From positions 1-64,000 of IMG/VR virus record IMGVR_UViG_3300022668_000040: a stretch of DNA of 64,000 nt; one strand, written 5' to 3'. Shown here one piece after another: positions 1 to 10,061 of the stretch; within the stretch, counting starts at the first letter, position 1, and each line of letters begins with the position of its first letter. The position numbers and the translations under genes were made by a program. The notes beneath the pieces are model-generated. The model saw only the letters and a list, made by a program, of their open reading frames with translations. It ran no database searches and had not been told where the DNA came from. This DNA comes from a virus.

Positions 1-1441
1 CACAAAATTATAGTAATTTTTATCAATCAAAAATATTTAATTTTATTACTATAATTTCAATTTAATATATTCAAGAATACACATAAAACAACAATACTTA
101 TTTTTATTTAGATTTTTTCGGCAATCACTCATAGATTTATAAATCAGTAAAATAAAAATTTTCCGGTAATAACTCAGCAACTGAAGAAAAACTTCTCAAA
201 AATAAAACACACAGAATACCCTCTATTTTCCCTTAAAAGAATATTCCCTATATAATACATCATACATAACAGTGAATAGCTTAAAACACCCTTTACAGCC
301 TTCTATAATATTGCATGTAGATTATAGAGCAGTACAGTATAATAGATTGCAGGCTGTAGATTGTAGGCTGCATATTGAATACTGTATTCTTTAAGCGTGA
401 AAGGAATATTAATAGAGAATATTCTTTTGATATATATTCAATACGCTCAATACACTCAATACGTTCTTTAAAGGCTCCCGCTCAGGACTGGCCGCTTTCA
501 CCCGTCACAATACACACATTGTATTAATTTTCTGTATTTTGCCTCATTATTGACACAATATTACTACATCGCGCATATTCAAAATTCCTATTAGGTAGTA
601 AGAGTTTTCATTATCCAATACAATTTCACATCTTGATTTCCCCATTGCAACCCTGGCGATCATTTCTACATGACACAATCGTACTACAAAATATCCAAAG
701 AATTTCTTTGGATAAGAAAATATTAATCACTATACTTTCCAAAGAAATTTTATTATTCCATAAAAATTACTATTAAGAATTTTTTGAAAACATCAAAACG
801 CAGATTACTAGATGATATTGATTATTGTATATAACAAATAAGAATAAACAATATCAAATAGGATAGAATATAAGAAGAATGCACAAGATAAAACAAGACA
901 AGATTCAACACATCTGCACAAAGTGGGTATAAAAGCGGGTACAAATTGCTGTGAGGATATCAAGACAGATAAAAACTACACAATAACAGTATATAGTGTT
1001 CAGCGTATGACTCCCAGGGTAAGAGGCACATTCACAAGACTGAATCTCCCCTCTGTCTGCTCTCGGTTATAGGATCATTGCTGATTGTTACAGCGCATAG
1101 CCTAAGAATAAAAATTTAGCATAAAAATTTAGTCCAAAGATGGCACGGAAAATGTATTGGAAAATAAATTCTGTGCAATATCCAAATAGGCACACAAAAT
1201 GCATAAAAAGTATTGGCAATTATTCCTACAATCTATTAATAACCAATATCATTTTTGGACCCCCTTTCTCAGAAGGGCCGGGGGCACCCTTTTCTCCATA
1301 TCCATTTTTTAGACCCTGTGTGTTATTTTTATGTTCTTATGCTTCACCATATTTTCTATAAAATACCCCGCCCCTATTTACAGCATGCTGAAGTCTAAAA
1401 TTTTTTGGAAAATACGTGTAGTATAATTCTGATTTTTCTTC

Positions 1442-1471
1442 TTGACATGAGTTATCATTATGATTTATAAA
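1442..1471 (+). promoter_or_regulatory. sigma70-like promoter upstream of the packaging operon
   Basis: TTGACA (1442-1447), 18-nt spacer, TATAAA (1466-1471), ahead of ORF 1520. Confidence 0.5.
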
Positions 1472-1519
1472 TGGTAAGAGTATTCACAATCAAATAATAT
1501 TATGTAATTTCCTGTAAAT

Positions 1520-1843
1520 ATGAAGCGCAAAGTATATAAAAAACGCAAAGTGCGTAAAGAAAAATTGAATAATTCACTACGTTTTCCAATAAGAATTTTA
1601 GGTTCCTCTACATCCCTCTCTATTCGTAGAAGCGTAGTAGCACTATGGTTGACTTTAACCACAGAAGATGATGTAAAAACTCCATACAAGGATATAATTT
1701 CTGATTTTATCTATACTTGTATCAATTCTTGGGAGGGACAATCAGCAAAAGGACTATCTGAGTATGTGGCGGAACGAATGTTACAGGATATTTTAGAAAA
1801 AGAAGATTATAAAAGATACCAAAAGATATCTTTGGGAATTTAA
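1520..1843 (+). CDS. hypothetical basic protein
   Basis: 107-aa ORF, first gene of the + strand operon, K/R-rich N-terminus. Confidence 0.6.
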   Translation: MKRKVYKKRKVRKEKLNNSLRFPIRILGSSTSLSIRRSVVALWLTLTTEDDVKTPYKDIISDFIYTCINSWEGQSAKGLSEYVAERMLQDILEKEDYKRYQKISLGI

Positions 1844-1858
1844 TTCACTTTTTTTATT

Positions 1859-2491
1859 ATGAAACGTACTTTACGAAGAAAAATTAAGAAAAAAAATTCA
1901 GAATCCAAATCTGAATCACTTAATCTTACTCCAAAACGAAAACGGATAAAGAGATATAAAAAACAGCGGTGTGCGTATATTTTAGAGGATGGCTTACAAT
2001 GTTCATCCTATGCTGTTGGAAAGGGGACTTTATGTAAAAAACATGGTGGAAATCCAATCATAAAAGAAAATTTGGTAAATGAATCTGAAGCAGCCCTTAT
2101 TATTGGGAAACGATCAAAATATAATCCTGAAACGCATCCAATCTTATACATTCATTTTGCTAAAAGAGGATTTTCTGAAGTAGAAATAGCCGCAGAATTC
2201 AAAGTCTCTGTTGAAACTCTTCATAATTGGGCTGAAAGGTATGTTATTTTCAATGAGGCCTATGAAATTGGAAAAGCTCTTCATGAAGCATGGTGGCTTG
2301 AACAAGGAAAGGCAAATTTGGAAAATAGGAGTTTCAATACTGCTTTGTACAAGTTTCTGACCAGTAATAAACTTGGATATTCTGATAAAATGGAATCAAA
2401 AAGCCTCAATATGAATATTCATGGAGTTTTAAAGGTACCGGATAAAGTATCTGAAGAAGAATGGGAATCAGATATTATTGATATTGAATAG
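1859..2491 (+). CDS. terS: terminase small subunit (HTH) with N-terminal Cys/HGG motif
   Basis: SKYNPE...EIAAEFKVSVETLHNW HTH pattern typical of TerS; CxxHGG motif; lies upstream of TerL and portal. Confidence 0.7.
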   Translation: MKRTLRRKIKKKNSESKSESLNLTPKRKRIKRYKKQRCAYILEDGLQCSSYAVGKGTLCKKHGGNPIIKENLVNESEAALIIGKRSKYNPETHPILYIHFAKRGFSEVEIAAEFKVSVETLHNWAERYVIFNEAYEIGKALHEAWWLEQGKANLENRSFNTALYKFLTSNKLGYSDKMESKSLNMNIHGVLKVPDKVSEEEWESDIIDIE

Positions 2492-2494
2492 AAT

Positions 2495-4141
2495 ATGAAA
2501 CGATCAAGACCCATAATTAAAAAATTAAAGAATGCTCAAGAAGATTTTGAGTGGTACCCAACCACAAAAGCAATTCTTGCTGTTATTCATAAAGATTTAG
2601 AGAAATTCTATATTCGGGAGTTCTCCTTATTAGATCCTTGCGCAGGAGATGGCCGTGCGCTCACCTCTTTATGTCCTAAAGGAATAAAATATGGAGTGGA
2701 AAAAAGCTCTATATTACGTGAATGCTGGCACAAAGATATTATTCCTATAGGAACAGACTTTTTTGGTACAAATTTAATAAATATAGGGGCCTCAGTAACA
2801 TTTTGCAACCCTCCCTATTCAGAATATTCAGAGTGGGCTTCCAAAATAATTAGAGAAACTGAATCTGAATTACTTTATTTTGTTATTCCTGCTAGATGGA
2901 GGAATAACAAAAATATTAAATTAGCATTAGCGGACAGAAAACTTACGTATAAAGTAATTGGAAAAGCTGATTTTAACACAAATGTAGATTCTGGAGAACG
3001 AAAAGCCAGAGCGGTTGTTGAAATTATTAGATTTGATAATCGAGGATCACATATTAGGCGGCCTGTAGATTATGGGCAATATACTTACAATGCTGATCCT
3101 TCTACAGCGTTTAAATTATGGTATTCTAAAACATTTTCAAGATCTTTTAAAGAATCAAAAGAAGAGCCACCATTCACCGAATCAGTACAGAAGCATGCAA
3201 TTGTTTGTGGAAGTTATATTCAAGCACTTGTGGAACTCTATAATAGAGAAATGCAGCAACTGCATGAATCATTCACCGCAATTAATAATCTTCCCGATAA
3301 TATTTACCAGATATTAGGTCTTTCAAAGAGTAATTTGAGCAAGGTTTTATTGGGAGAGTTAAATAGATTAAAGAAAAAATATTGGTCAGAATTTTTTAAG
3401 CAATATAAACCAATAAAACAAAGGTTGACAAAGAAAAACAGAGTGGATCTGTTAAAAACGCTGCCCATAAGCATAGATTTTACTGAAGAGAATGCTTTAG
3501 CTGTGACTGTTTGGGTATTAAAAAAAGTACAGAGTATGCTTGATTCCCAGGTGATAGATTTGATGGAGGGACTGCTTACAGCCACATCCATCAAACCATA
3601 TAAATCCAATCAAAAAACATTTGATTTGGATGAGTGGAGATTCAATAGTACTTCTTGGCAGGAAAAGCATAGTCATTATGGCATATCTATGGATTATCGA
3701 ATTGTGGTGTGTAGGCCTGAAAATACACTGCAAAAGTCTCATGATCCTTTTAGAACTACATACATAAATAAAATGGCAGAGCACACTCATGATTTTTTAA
3801 ATGATATTATGACAACTGCCAGAAATATGGGTGTATCTGTTAACTTGGAAGAAGATTCTAAAACCAGAAATTGGGAACAACGAAAGCCGGAAGTGTTCAT
3901 GTTGAGTAATGGAAACCCATTTATGGAGGTTCGTGCTCATTTTAATGGAAATTTACATATAAAATTTGATCAAGGATTTTTAAAAATTTTTAATGTGGAA
4001 TTTGGAAGATTAAAAGGGTGGCTAAGACACAAAGAGGATGCTGCATCTGAACTTGGACTTGATGCACATGAGGTAGCTCAATTTTGGAAATCAAATGGTA
4101 ATTTTCGATTGGGTACTTATTTAAAACTATTAATGGTATAG
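2495..4141 (+). CDS. N6-adenine/N4-cytosine DNA methyltransferase with DUF4942-like C-terminus
   Basis: EWYPT, motif I LLDPCAGDG, motif IV NPPY; C-terminal EVRAHFNGNLHIKF typical of DUF4942 proteins. Confidence 0.75.
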   Translation: MKRSRPIIKKLKNAQEDFEWYPTTKAILAVIHKDLEKFYIREFSLLDPCAGDGRALTSLCPKGIKYGVEKSSILRECWHKDIIPIGTDFFGTNLINIGASVTFCNPPYSEYSEWASKIIRETESELLYFVIPARWRNNKNIKLALADRKLTYKVIGKADFNTNVDSGERKARAVVEIIRFDNRGSHIRRPVDYGQYTYNADPSTAFKLWYSKTFSRSFKESKEEPPFTESVQKHAIVCGSYIQALVELYNREMQQLHESFTAINNLPDNIYQILGLSKSNLSKVLLGELNRLKKKYWSEFFKQYKPIKQRLTKKNRVDLLKTLPISIDFTEENALAVTVWVLKKVQSMLDSQVIDLMEGLLTATSIKPYKSNQKTFDLDEWRFNSTSWQEKHSHYGISMDYRIVVCRPENTLQKSHDPFRTTYINKMAEHTHDFLNDIMTTARNMGVSVNLEEDSKTRNWEQRKPEVFMLSNGNPFMEVRAHFNGNLHIKFDQGFLKIFNVEFGRLKGWLRHKEDAASELGLDAHEVAQFWKSNGNFRLGTYLKLLMV

Positions 4142-4142
4142 T

Positions 4143-4673
4143 ATGACAGTTATAATTGGATTAATAGATAATAATACTATTCTAATGGGCGGAGATTCAG
4201 CAGCCACAAATGGAAGTTATTTGGATATTTTGGACACACAAAAAGTATTCCAGAAAGAAGAATTTTTGTTTGGAGTTGCAGGAGTTCTCAGAGTCGCGCA
4301 AGTATTAGAACATTGTTTTAGAATTCCAAATAGATTAGACCACAAATCTGATATGGGATATCTAGTTTCTGAATTTGTGCCATCTTTTCAAGATGAATTA
4401 TCTACTTATTGGGATATCAACGCAGAGCATAACCAAAATTGGAGTGTTCTCATCGGATATCGAAGCAATCTGTATTGTTTGGAAGGTAATTTTCAAATAA
4501 TAAAGCCCAAAAAAGATTATTATAGCATAGGTTCTGGTTCCGATTGTGCTTTAGGAAGCTTACATTCAACTGAAAAGTTATCATTGTCGGCAAATGATAG
4601 ATTAAACTTGGCATTTGACGCAGCTAGTCAGTTTTATGCCTCTGTCAGTCCTCCTTTTCATATTCTTATGTAA
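4143..4673 (+). CDS. HslV/proteasome-beta-like Ntn-hydrolase protease
   Basis: N-terminal Thr nucleophile (M-TVIIG), GDS, K and SIGSGS motifs. Confidence 0.7.
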   Translation: MTVIIGLIDNNTILMGGDSAATNGSYLDILDTQKVFQKEEFLFGVAGVLRVAQVLEHCFRIPNRLDHKSDMGYLVSEFVPSFQDELSTYWDINAEHNQNWSVLIGYRSNLYCLEGNFQIIKPKKDYYSIGSGSDCALGSLHSTEKLSLSANDRLNLAFDAASQFYASVSPPFHILM

Positions 4674-4675
4674 AA

Positions 4676-5113
4676 ATGAACAGAATTCTGAAAAAATATG
4701 GATTAAAAAAATTTCCAAAAATATCTATGCAATCTGTACGTATGCGCAGATATTGGAAAAATAGAACAAAGGAGCAAAAAAAAGAATTTTCTAAGAAATG
4801 CTCAGCTGCAAAGAAAGAAACATACAAAAATAATCCAAAATTAAGGAAAAAACGCGCTGAAGTTTTGAGAAAAACATCCTTGAATTATTGGAAAACAGTA
4901 AGTGAAGAAAAAAGGAAAGAACATATTAAAAAAATGAGTATTGGGATGAAAAAAGCTTGGAAAAATCCAGATCCTTCTTTTGGATCTAGGGTAACGAATA
5001 AAAATAATTTGTTGCGACTTAATGGGAATTTGGAAATTATAGATGGTCTTCCCAGGGTAAATACCTATTCTGGAGTAATCACGGAATCAGATCTGGAACA
5101 ATTAAATGATTAA
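4676..5113 (+). CDS. basic NUMOD3-like DNA-binding protein
   Basis: Repeated K-rich KKMSIGMKKAWKNP-type motifs. Confidence 0.45.
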   Translation: MNRILKKYGLKKFPKISMQSVRMRRYWKNRTKEQKKEFSKKCSAAKKETYKNNPKLRKKRAEVLRKTSLNYWKTVSEEKRKEHIKKMSIGMKKAWKNPDPSFGSRVTNKNNLLRLNGNLEIIDGLPRVNTYSGVITESDLEQLND

Positions 5114-7619
5114 GCCAAAAGTTATATGGGAACCATATCCTGGGGCTCAGGTAAAATTTTTAACATGTCCAGCCTGGGAATGTCTTTTACACGGTAACCG
5201 GGGTGGGGGAAAGGGGTTACTCCCTTCTGAAAAAGTATTAACCCCTAGAGGATGGACAACTGTCGGAGAATTGAAGAAGGGATCGGTAATATCTAACCCT
5301 GATGGATCTTCTCAATCTGTCATTGCCGTATACCATAGGGACAAACAGCAAATGTATGAACTTACATTCTCTGATGGAACAAAAATTGAATGTGATGAAG
5401 ATCATTTGTGGTTTGCTAAAATAGCAAATAGAACTAAAGGCAAAACGGTAAGAAATTATATGCCTTTAGATTTTTACGGATCAATTCATAGAACAGGTGA
5501 TTTGTACGCTCTTCTTAAAAAATATCCTCATAAGCATCCTCTAATACCGTGTAATGATCCTATAAAATATCAACAAAATTGGAAAACTGTGATTAACCCA
5601 TATGTATTGGGATTAATTTTGGGAGATGGATCTATAAAGGATCTTGAAACAAGAATCACAGTATCGGATAAAGAAATAAAAGAAACTTTGGAATTATTGG
5701 GAGCTGTTTCTTATCGTGATAAAAGAAGAAATTATTTATTTTCATGTAAATTTTCTAGGCAGTCGCATATAGCCAAGCAAGTAGATGTTTTGGGGCTCAG
5801 AGGAAAAGATTCTTCTACTAAATTCATTCCTGAAAGAATTTTACGCGGAACAGTAAAGGAACGTAAGGTATGCTTACAAGGGTTAATGGATTCAGACGGT
5901 ACTGTTGATAAAGATGGGAGATGTTCTTTTACTACAATCAGTTCTAGTTTAGCAAAAGATACCAGACAGCTAATCCTTTCTTTGGGAGGGTGGGCTACAA
6001 TTTCTAAAAAAACACCAACTTACACATACGATGGAAAAGTCAAAACAGGGAAATTAGCATACACATTATACATTCAATTTCCTAAAAAATCGGAATTATT
6101 CACATTAAAAAGGAAGAAAGAACGCTGCACATTTGCTGATTATGCACATGGTAGATTGGTTAGAACTATTACATCAATAGTAAAATTAAAAGATAAGAAA
6201 CAAACTATATGTATAGTTGTAAATAATCCAAATAGATTGTTTGTAACTAAAGATTTTTTGGTTACTCATAATACGGATGTACTTATAATGGATTATCTCC
6301 AAGGTGTGGGTAGGGGGTATGGCCCAGATTATAAAGGCCTCCTATTGCGAGAAGCCACAACGGAACTTGGGGATGTTATATCAAAGTGCAAAAAATGGAT
6401 ACCTAAAATATTTCCAACTGCTAAGTACAACAATTCAAAGAAAATTTGGACATTTGAAGATGGGGAAACTTTATGGTTGAATTATGCGAGGGTGCTAGAT
6501 GATTATGAACAGTATCATGGACATGAATATCCGTGGATAGGATGGGAGGAGCTTACAAATCATCCACTACCTGCTGTTTATCTAAAATTAATGTCATGTA
6601 ATCGATCATCTAACCCAAATATTCAAAAAAAATATAGAGCCACATGTAATCCTAGTGGGCCAGGACATCAATGGGTAAAGGAAAGATTCATAGATACTGT
6701 CAAGGCGGGGAAAATTCATAGGGAGATAATGAAGGTAGAATTTCCAGATGAACATGGGGATTTAGTAAAAAAGGAGTTTACGGTCACAAGAACCCACATC
6801 AAAAGTTACTTCTCTGAAAACAAATCGATTCTCAAGGCTGATCCGTTGTATATGGCGAAAATTCATACATTAACAGAAGATAATCCTATGTTGAGAAAGG
6901 CCTGGATCGAAGGATCTTGGGATCTTTTGATAGGGGGATTTTTTACTGATGTTTGGGACCCAAAAATTCATATTATTCCTTGGTTTCCAATTCCAAGATC
7001 ATGGAGGCTATACAGAAGTTTTGATTGGGGATCATCAAAACCTTGGGCTGTTACCTACGGATTCGAGAGTAATGGAGAACAACCTGATGTTGATGGTATT
7101 CCATACATTCCAAAAAATTCTATTATTATTCCAGATGAATTGTACGGGTGGAATGGTACTGCAAATCAGGGAGATCCCTCTCAAGCACTTTCTTCTATAA
7201 TTGCAGATAGGGTACATCGGAAAGATAAACAATTGCTTTTAGAATATGGTGTTAGAGTACATGCAGGACCAGCAGATACTCAAATTTGGGAAGTACGTGA
7301 TGGTAAAAGCATCGCAACTGAATTATCTACTCATGGGTGTAGATGGACAAAGGCACATAAAGGGCCGGGATCAAGGGTGTCAGGTTGGTCTGTTATCCGC
7401 CAAATGCTGGGAGCTGCAAAGAGAAAAGATTTGGAAAACCCTCATTTATACTTTTTTGATTCTGCTGCCCATCATATTCGTACACTTCCTTTAATGCAAA
7501 GAGATTCAACAAACATTGAGGATATAGATACAGATCTTGAAGATCATGCTATGGATTCTTTGAGATACCTATTGACAAGGAAATTGACAAGAATTCAGCA
7601 GAGAAAGGTAGGAATGTAA
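5106..7619 (+). CDS. terL: terminase large subunit containing an intein
   Basis: Walker A GNRGGGK|T interrupted by the intein; WEELT, TCNPSGPGH, FDWG and EDHAMDSLRY nuclease motifs; adjacent to portal. Confidence 0.93.
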   Translation: MIKPKVIWEPYPGAQVKFLTCPAWECLLHGNRGGGKGLLPSEKVLTPRGWTTVGELKKGSVISNPDGSSQSVIAVYHRDKQQMYELTFSDGTKIECDEDHLWFAKIANRTKGKTVRNYMPLDFYGSIHRTGDLYALLKKYPHKHPLIPCNDPIKYQQNWKTVINPYVLGLILGDGSIKDLETRITVSDKEIKETLELLGAVSYRDKRRNYLFSCKFSRQSHIAKQVDVLGLRGKDSSTKFIPERILRGTVKERKVCLQGLMDSDGTVDKDGRCSFTTISSSLAKDTRQLILSLGGWATISKKTPTYTYDGKVKTGKLAYTLYIQFPKKSELFTLKRKKERCTFADYAHGRLVRTITSIVKLKDKKQTICIVVNNPNRLFVTKDFLVTHNTDVLIMDYLQGVGRGYGPDYKGLLLREATTELGDVISKCKKWIPKIFPTAKYNNSKKIWTFEDGETLWLNYARVLDDYEQYHGHEYPWIGWEELTNHPLPAVYLKLMSCNRSSNPNIQKKYRATCNPSGPGHQWVKERFIDTVKAGKIHREIMKVEFPDEHGDLVKKEFTVTRTHIKSYFSENKSILKADPLYMAKIHTLTEDNPMLRKAWIEGSWDLLIGGFFTDVWDPKIHIIPWFPIPRSWRLYRSFDWGSSKPWAVTYGFESNGEQPDVDGIPYIPKNSIIIPDELYGWNGTANQGDPSQALSSIIADRVHRKDKQLLLEYGVRVHAGPADTQIWEVRDGKSIATELSTHGCRWTKAHKGPGSRVSGWSVIRQMLGAAKRKDLENPHLYFFDSAAHHIRTLPLMQRDSTNIEDIDTDLEDHAMDSLRYLLTRKLTRIQQRKVGM
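5214..6272 (+). mobile_element. class-3 intein (353 aa) with LAGLIDADG homing endonuclease in the TerL P-loop
   Basis: Starts GLLPSEKVLTPRGW; block B DEDHLW; LGLILGDG and LQGLMDSDG; block F TICIVV; ends FLVTHN|T. Confidence 0.9.
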
Positions 7620-9112
7620 TGGGAGAATATGTAAAGAAGAATTCGGCTAGCACAAAACATCCTGATTATACTAAAAATGAGAAAGCTTGGGTACGAATTA
7701 GGGATTGCGTGTTAGGAGAAGATGCTATTAAGGCAAAAACTGAGGTTTATTTGCCTAGACCTAAAGGAATGTCTGGGATATATGCTGATGCGTATGATGC
7801 ATATTTGGAACGAGCACATTTTTCTTTGGTAACTTCTTATGCTCTATCTGGTGCCCTTGGTGTGGTGATTTCCAAGTTACCTGAATTTAATGTGCCATCA
7901 GAATTAGAATATATTCTAAAAGATGCTACGAAAGATGGACGGCCTATTCAGCAGTTATTTTTAGATATTATTATCGAAATATTCCAAACAGGAAGGGTGC
8001 CGCTGTTGGTAGATGTAGCTGAAGATAAGAATGAATTTAGGTTTGTGCAGTATAAAGCTGAAGATTTTATAAATTGGAAAACATCCATTTTAAAATCTGA
8101 AAAAAGTTTGACTTTGGGAGTTCTTAAAGAGCAAATTCCTGATTCTGATGATATATTTTCTCACAGTGTTCAAGACATTTATCGGGTTCTTTCTTTAGAT
8201 GAAAATGGAAACTATGTTTCCAGAGTATTTGGGGATAAAGAGGAGTATGTAGATATGAGGACCGCACCTTTATTTTTGGGAGATCCTTGTGAAGAAATTC
8301 CTTTAATTGTAGCAGGATCAATAAGCAATAGTTTTGATATTCAACCTATTCCATTAATAGCAGTAGCTAATTGTGCTATTCAAATATATAGAAAGGAAGC
8401 TGATCTTGCAAATTCAGAGTTCCTTTCTTGTAATCCTACTTTGGTAATAACAGGAGCATCAAATGATGATGATATTCCAACGGTTGTGGGGTCATCTGTA
8501 CTTTTTGTTGTTCCAAATGAGGCTTCCAGAGTTTTTTATACTACTACAGATACAGCAGCACTGACCCATGTCAAGGAGCACATAGATAGTCTGTATGAGG
8601 AAGCTATTAGGCATGGTGTAGCTATTCTGGATTCCAGAAAAGGTGTGGAGGCCGCAGAAGCATTGAGGATTAGACAAGCTACTCAATCAGCGTCAGTATA
8701 TTCTATTTATTTAGCGGCATTAAATGCTATCAAACAAGGCCTTGTATTAATGTGTAAGTGGGGTGGGTACGATGAGGATAAAATAGTTTTGGATGCTCCA
8801 GCCTCATTATCTCATGGAATTCCAGATTCGGCAGTTATCAAAGCTGTGAATGAGGGTTTTGGACAAGGAGTAGTTCCACTTACAGTAATTCATAGATATT
8901 TGGTAGCATCAGGATTACTGGAACAAACAGTAGGTTTTGAAGATTATGTTCAAATGTTAAATGATGATAAAGATGTAAGATCATTATTGCAGGATGATAA
9001 TTCAGGAGAAAATACTTCTGAAAATAATAATAACAAGAAAGCACCTTCTGAACAGATAAAAGTGTCTGATAAATCTGTAAAGGAATCAGAAGGAACTGAA
9101 GATCAACTTTAA
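7619..9112 (+). CDS. portal protein (DUF4055 type)
   Basis: HPDY...W..IRD..G...IK....YLP and YLERA pattern; follows TerL. Confidence 0.85.
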   Translation: MGEYVKKNSASTKHPDYTKNEKAWVRIRDCVLGEDAIKAKTEVYLPRPKGMSGIYADAYDAYLERAHFSLVTSYALSGALGVVISKLPEFNVPSELEYILKDATKDGRPIQQLFLDIIIEIFQTGRVPLLVDVAEDKNEFRFVQYKAEDFINWKTSILKSEKSLTLGVLKEQIPDSDDIFSHSVQDIYRVLSLDENGNYVSRVFGDKEEYVDMRTAPLFLGDPCEEIPLIVAGSISNSFDIQPIPLIAVANCAIQIYRKEADLANSEFLSCNPTLVITGASNDDDIPTVVGSSVLFVVPNEASRVFYTTTDTAALTHVKEHIDSLYEEAIRHGVAILDSRKGVEAAEALRIRQATQSASVYSIYLAALNAIKQGLVLMCKWGGYDEDKIVLDAPASLSHGIPDSAVIKAVNEGFGQGVVPLTVIHRYLVASGLLEQTVGFEDYVQMLNDDKDVRSLLQDDNSGENTSENNNNKKAPSEQIKVSDKSVKESEGTEDQL

Positions 9113-9127
9113 TAAAAGGAAAGTATA

Positions 9128-9883
9128 ATGGATTTTGATTTCATCACGGATGAGGCTCAACGAGAAAAAGCAAAAGCTCTTTATGAAGAGAGTATTGCAA
9201 AAATTAAAAGCGATCACCAGATTGAATTGGATGAGCAAATAAGTGGACTAAAGGCCAAAAACTCTGAACTTTTGGGAGAAAAGAAAAAGACCCAAGAAGA
9301 ACTGAAAAAATACTCAGATTTTGATATGGATAAAGCCAAAGAGGCTTTGGAGTTTTTGGAGAATAGTGAAGATGCCCAAATGGTTAAAGATGGCAAAATC
9401 GAAGAATTGTTTGACCGTCGAATATCAGTAATGCGTTCTGATCATGAAGCTGTGGTTACAGAGTTAAAAAGCTCTCTCAAAGAAGTTACAGAAAAAGCCA
9501 CCAATTTTGAGGGATTGTACAAAACCAAAACAGTACAAGATGCTTTGCGGGAACAAGCAATAGCAGCTAAAGTGAGGCCCGAAGCAATATCCGATGTGGT
9601 TATGCGGGGAAGTGCCGTTTTTTCTGTTGCAGAGAATGACCCTACGTTGATTGAGGCCAGAGACAATGAAGGAAAACTTTGTAAAACAGAGGATGATAAA
9701 GTGCTCACTCCAACAAATTGGATAAACGGACTGAAAAAAGTATCCCCCCACTATTGGCCCGAATCAAAAAGTGCTGGGGCTTATGGAGGCACTGGAGATC
9801 CAGGGGACAAAATGCAGGCACTACAAGAGGCGGCAGATAGAAATGATCATGCTACTTTTCGCAAATTGCGGGAAGAAGGATAA
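9128..9883 (+). CDS. capsid scaffolding protein
   Basis: Coiled coil with GLKAKNSELLGEKKK; C-terminal PHYWPES..GA.G; precedes the capsid gene. Confidence 0.75.
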   Translation: MDFDFITDEAQREKAKALYEESIAKIKSDHQIELDEQISGLKAKNSELLGEKKKTQEELKKYSDFDMDKAKEALEFLENSEDAQMVKDGKIEELFDRRISVMRSDHEAVVTELKSSLKEVTEKATNFEGLYKTKTVQDALREQAIAAKVRPEAISDVVMRGSAVFSVAENDPTLIEARDNEGKLCKTEDDKVLTPTNWINGLKKVSPHYWPESKSAGAYGGTGDPGDKMQALQEAADRNDHATFRKLREEG

Positions 9884-9890
9884 TTTTTAT

Positions 9891-9920
9891 TTGACAAATC
9901 ATACCAATATAGATTACTAT
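9891..9920 (+). promoter_or_regulatory. sigma70-like promoter for the major capsid gene
   Basis: TTGACA, 18-nt spacer, TACTAT in the intergenic gap; leader has hairpin caccgatc/gatcggtg (10004-10030). Confidence 0.6.
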
Positions 9921-10061
9921 TTGGTATAGATAAAATTTCTTTAATTGATGTTTCTGGGAAACATCTCATGACCTTGGGGGTCGGGAAATTCAGCAATGAA
10001 TAACACCGATCCCCTTTTATATGATCGGTGAACACAAGATTATATAAACAGGAGTCATGAA

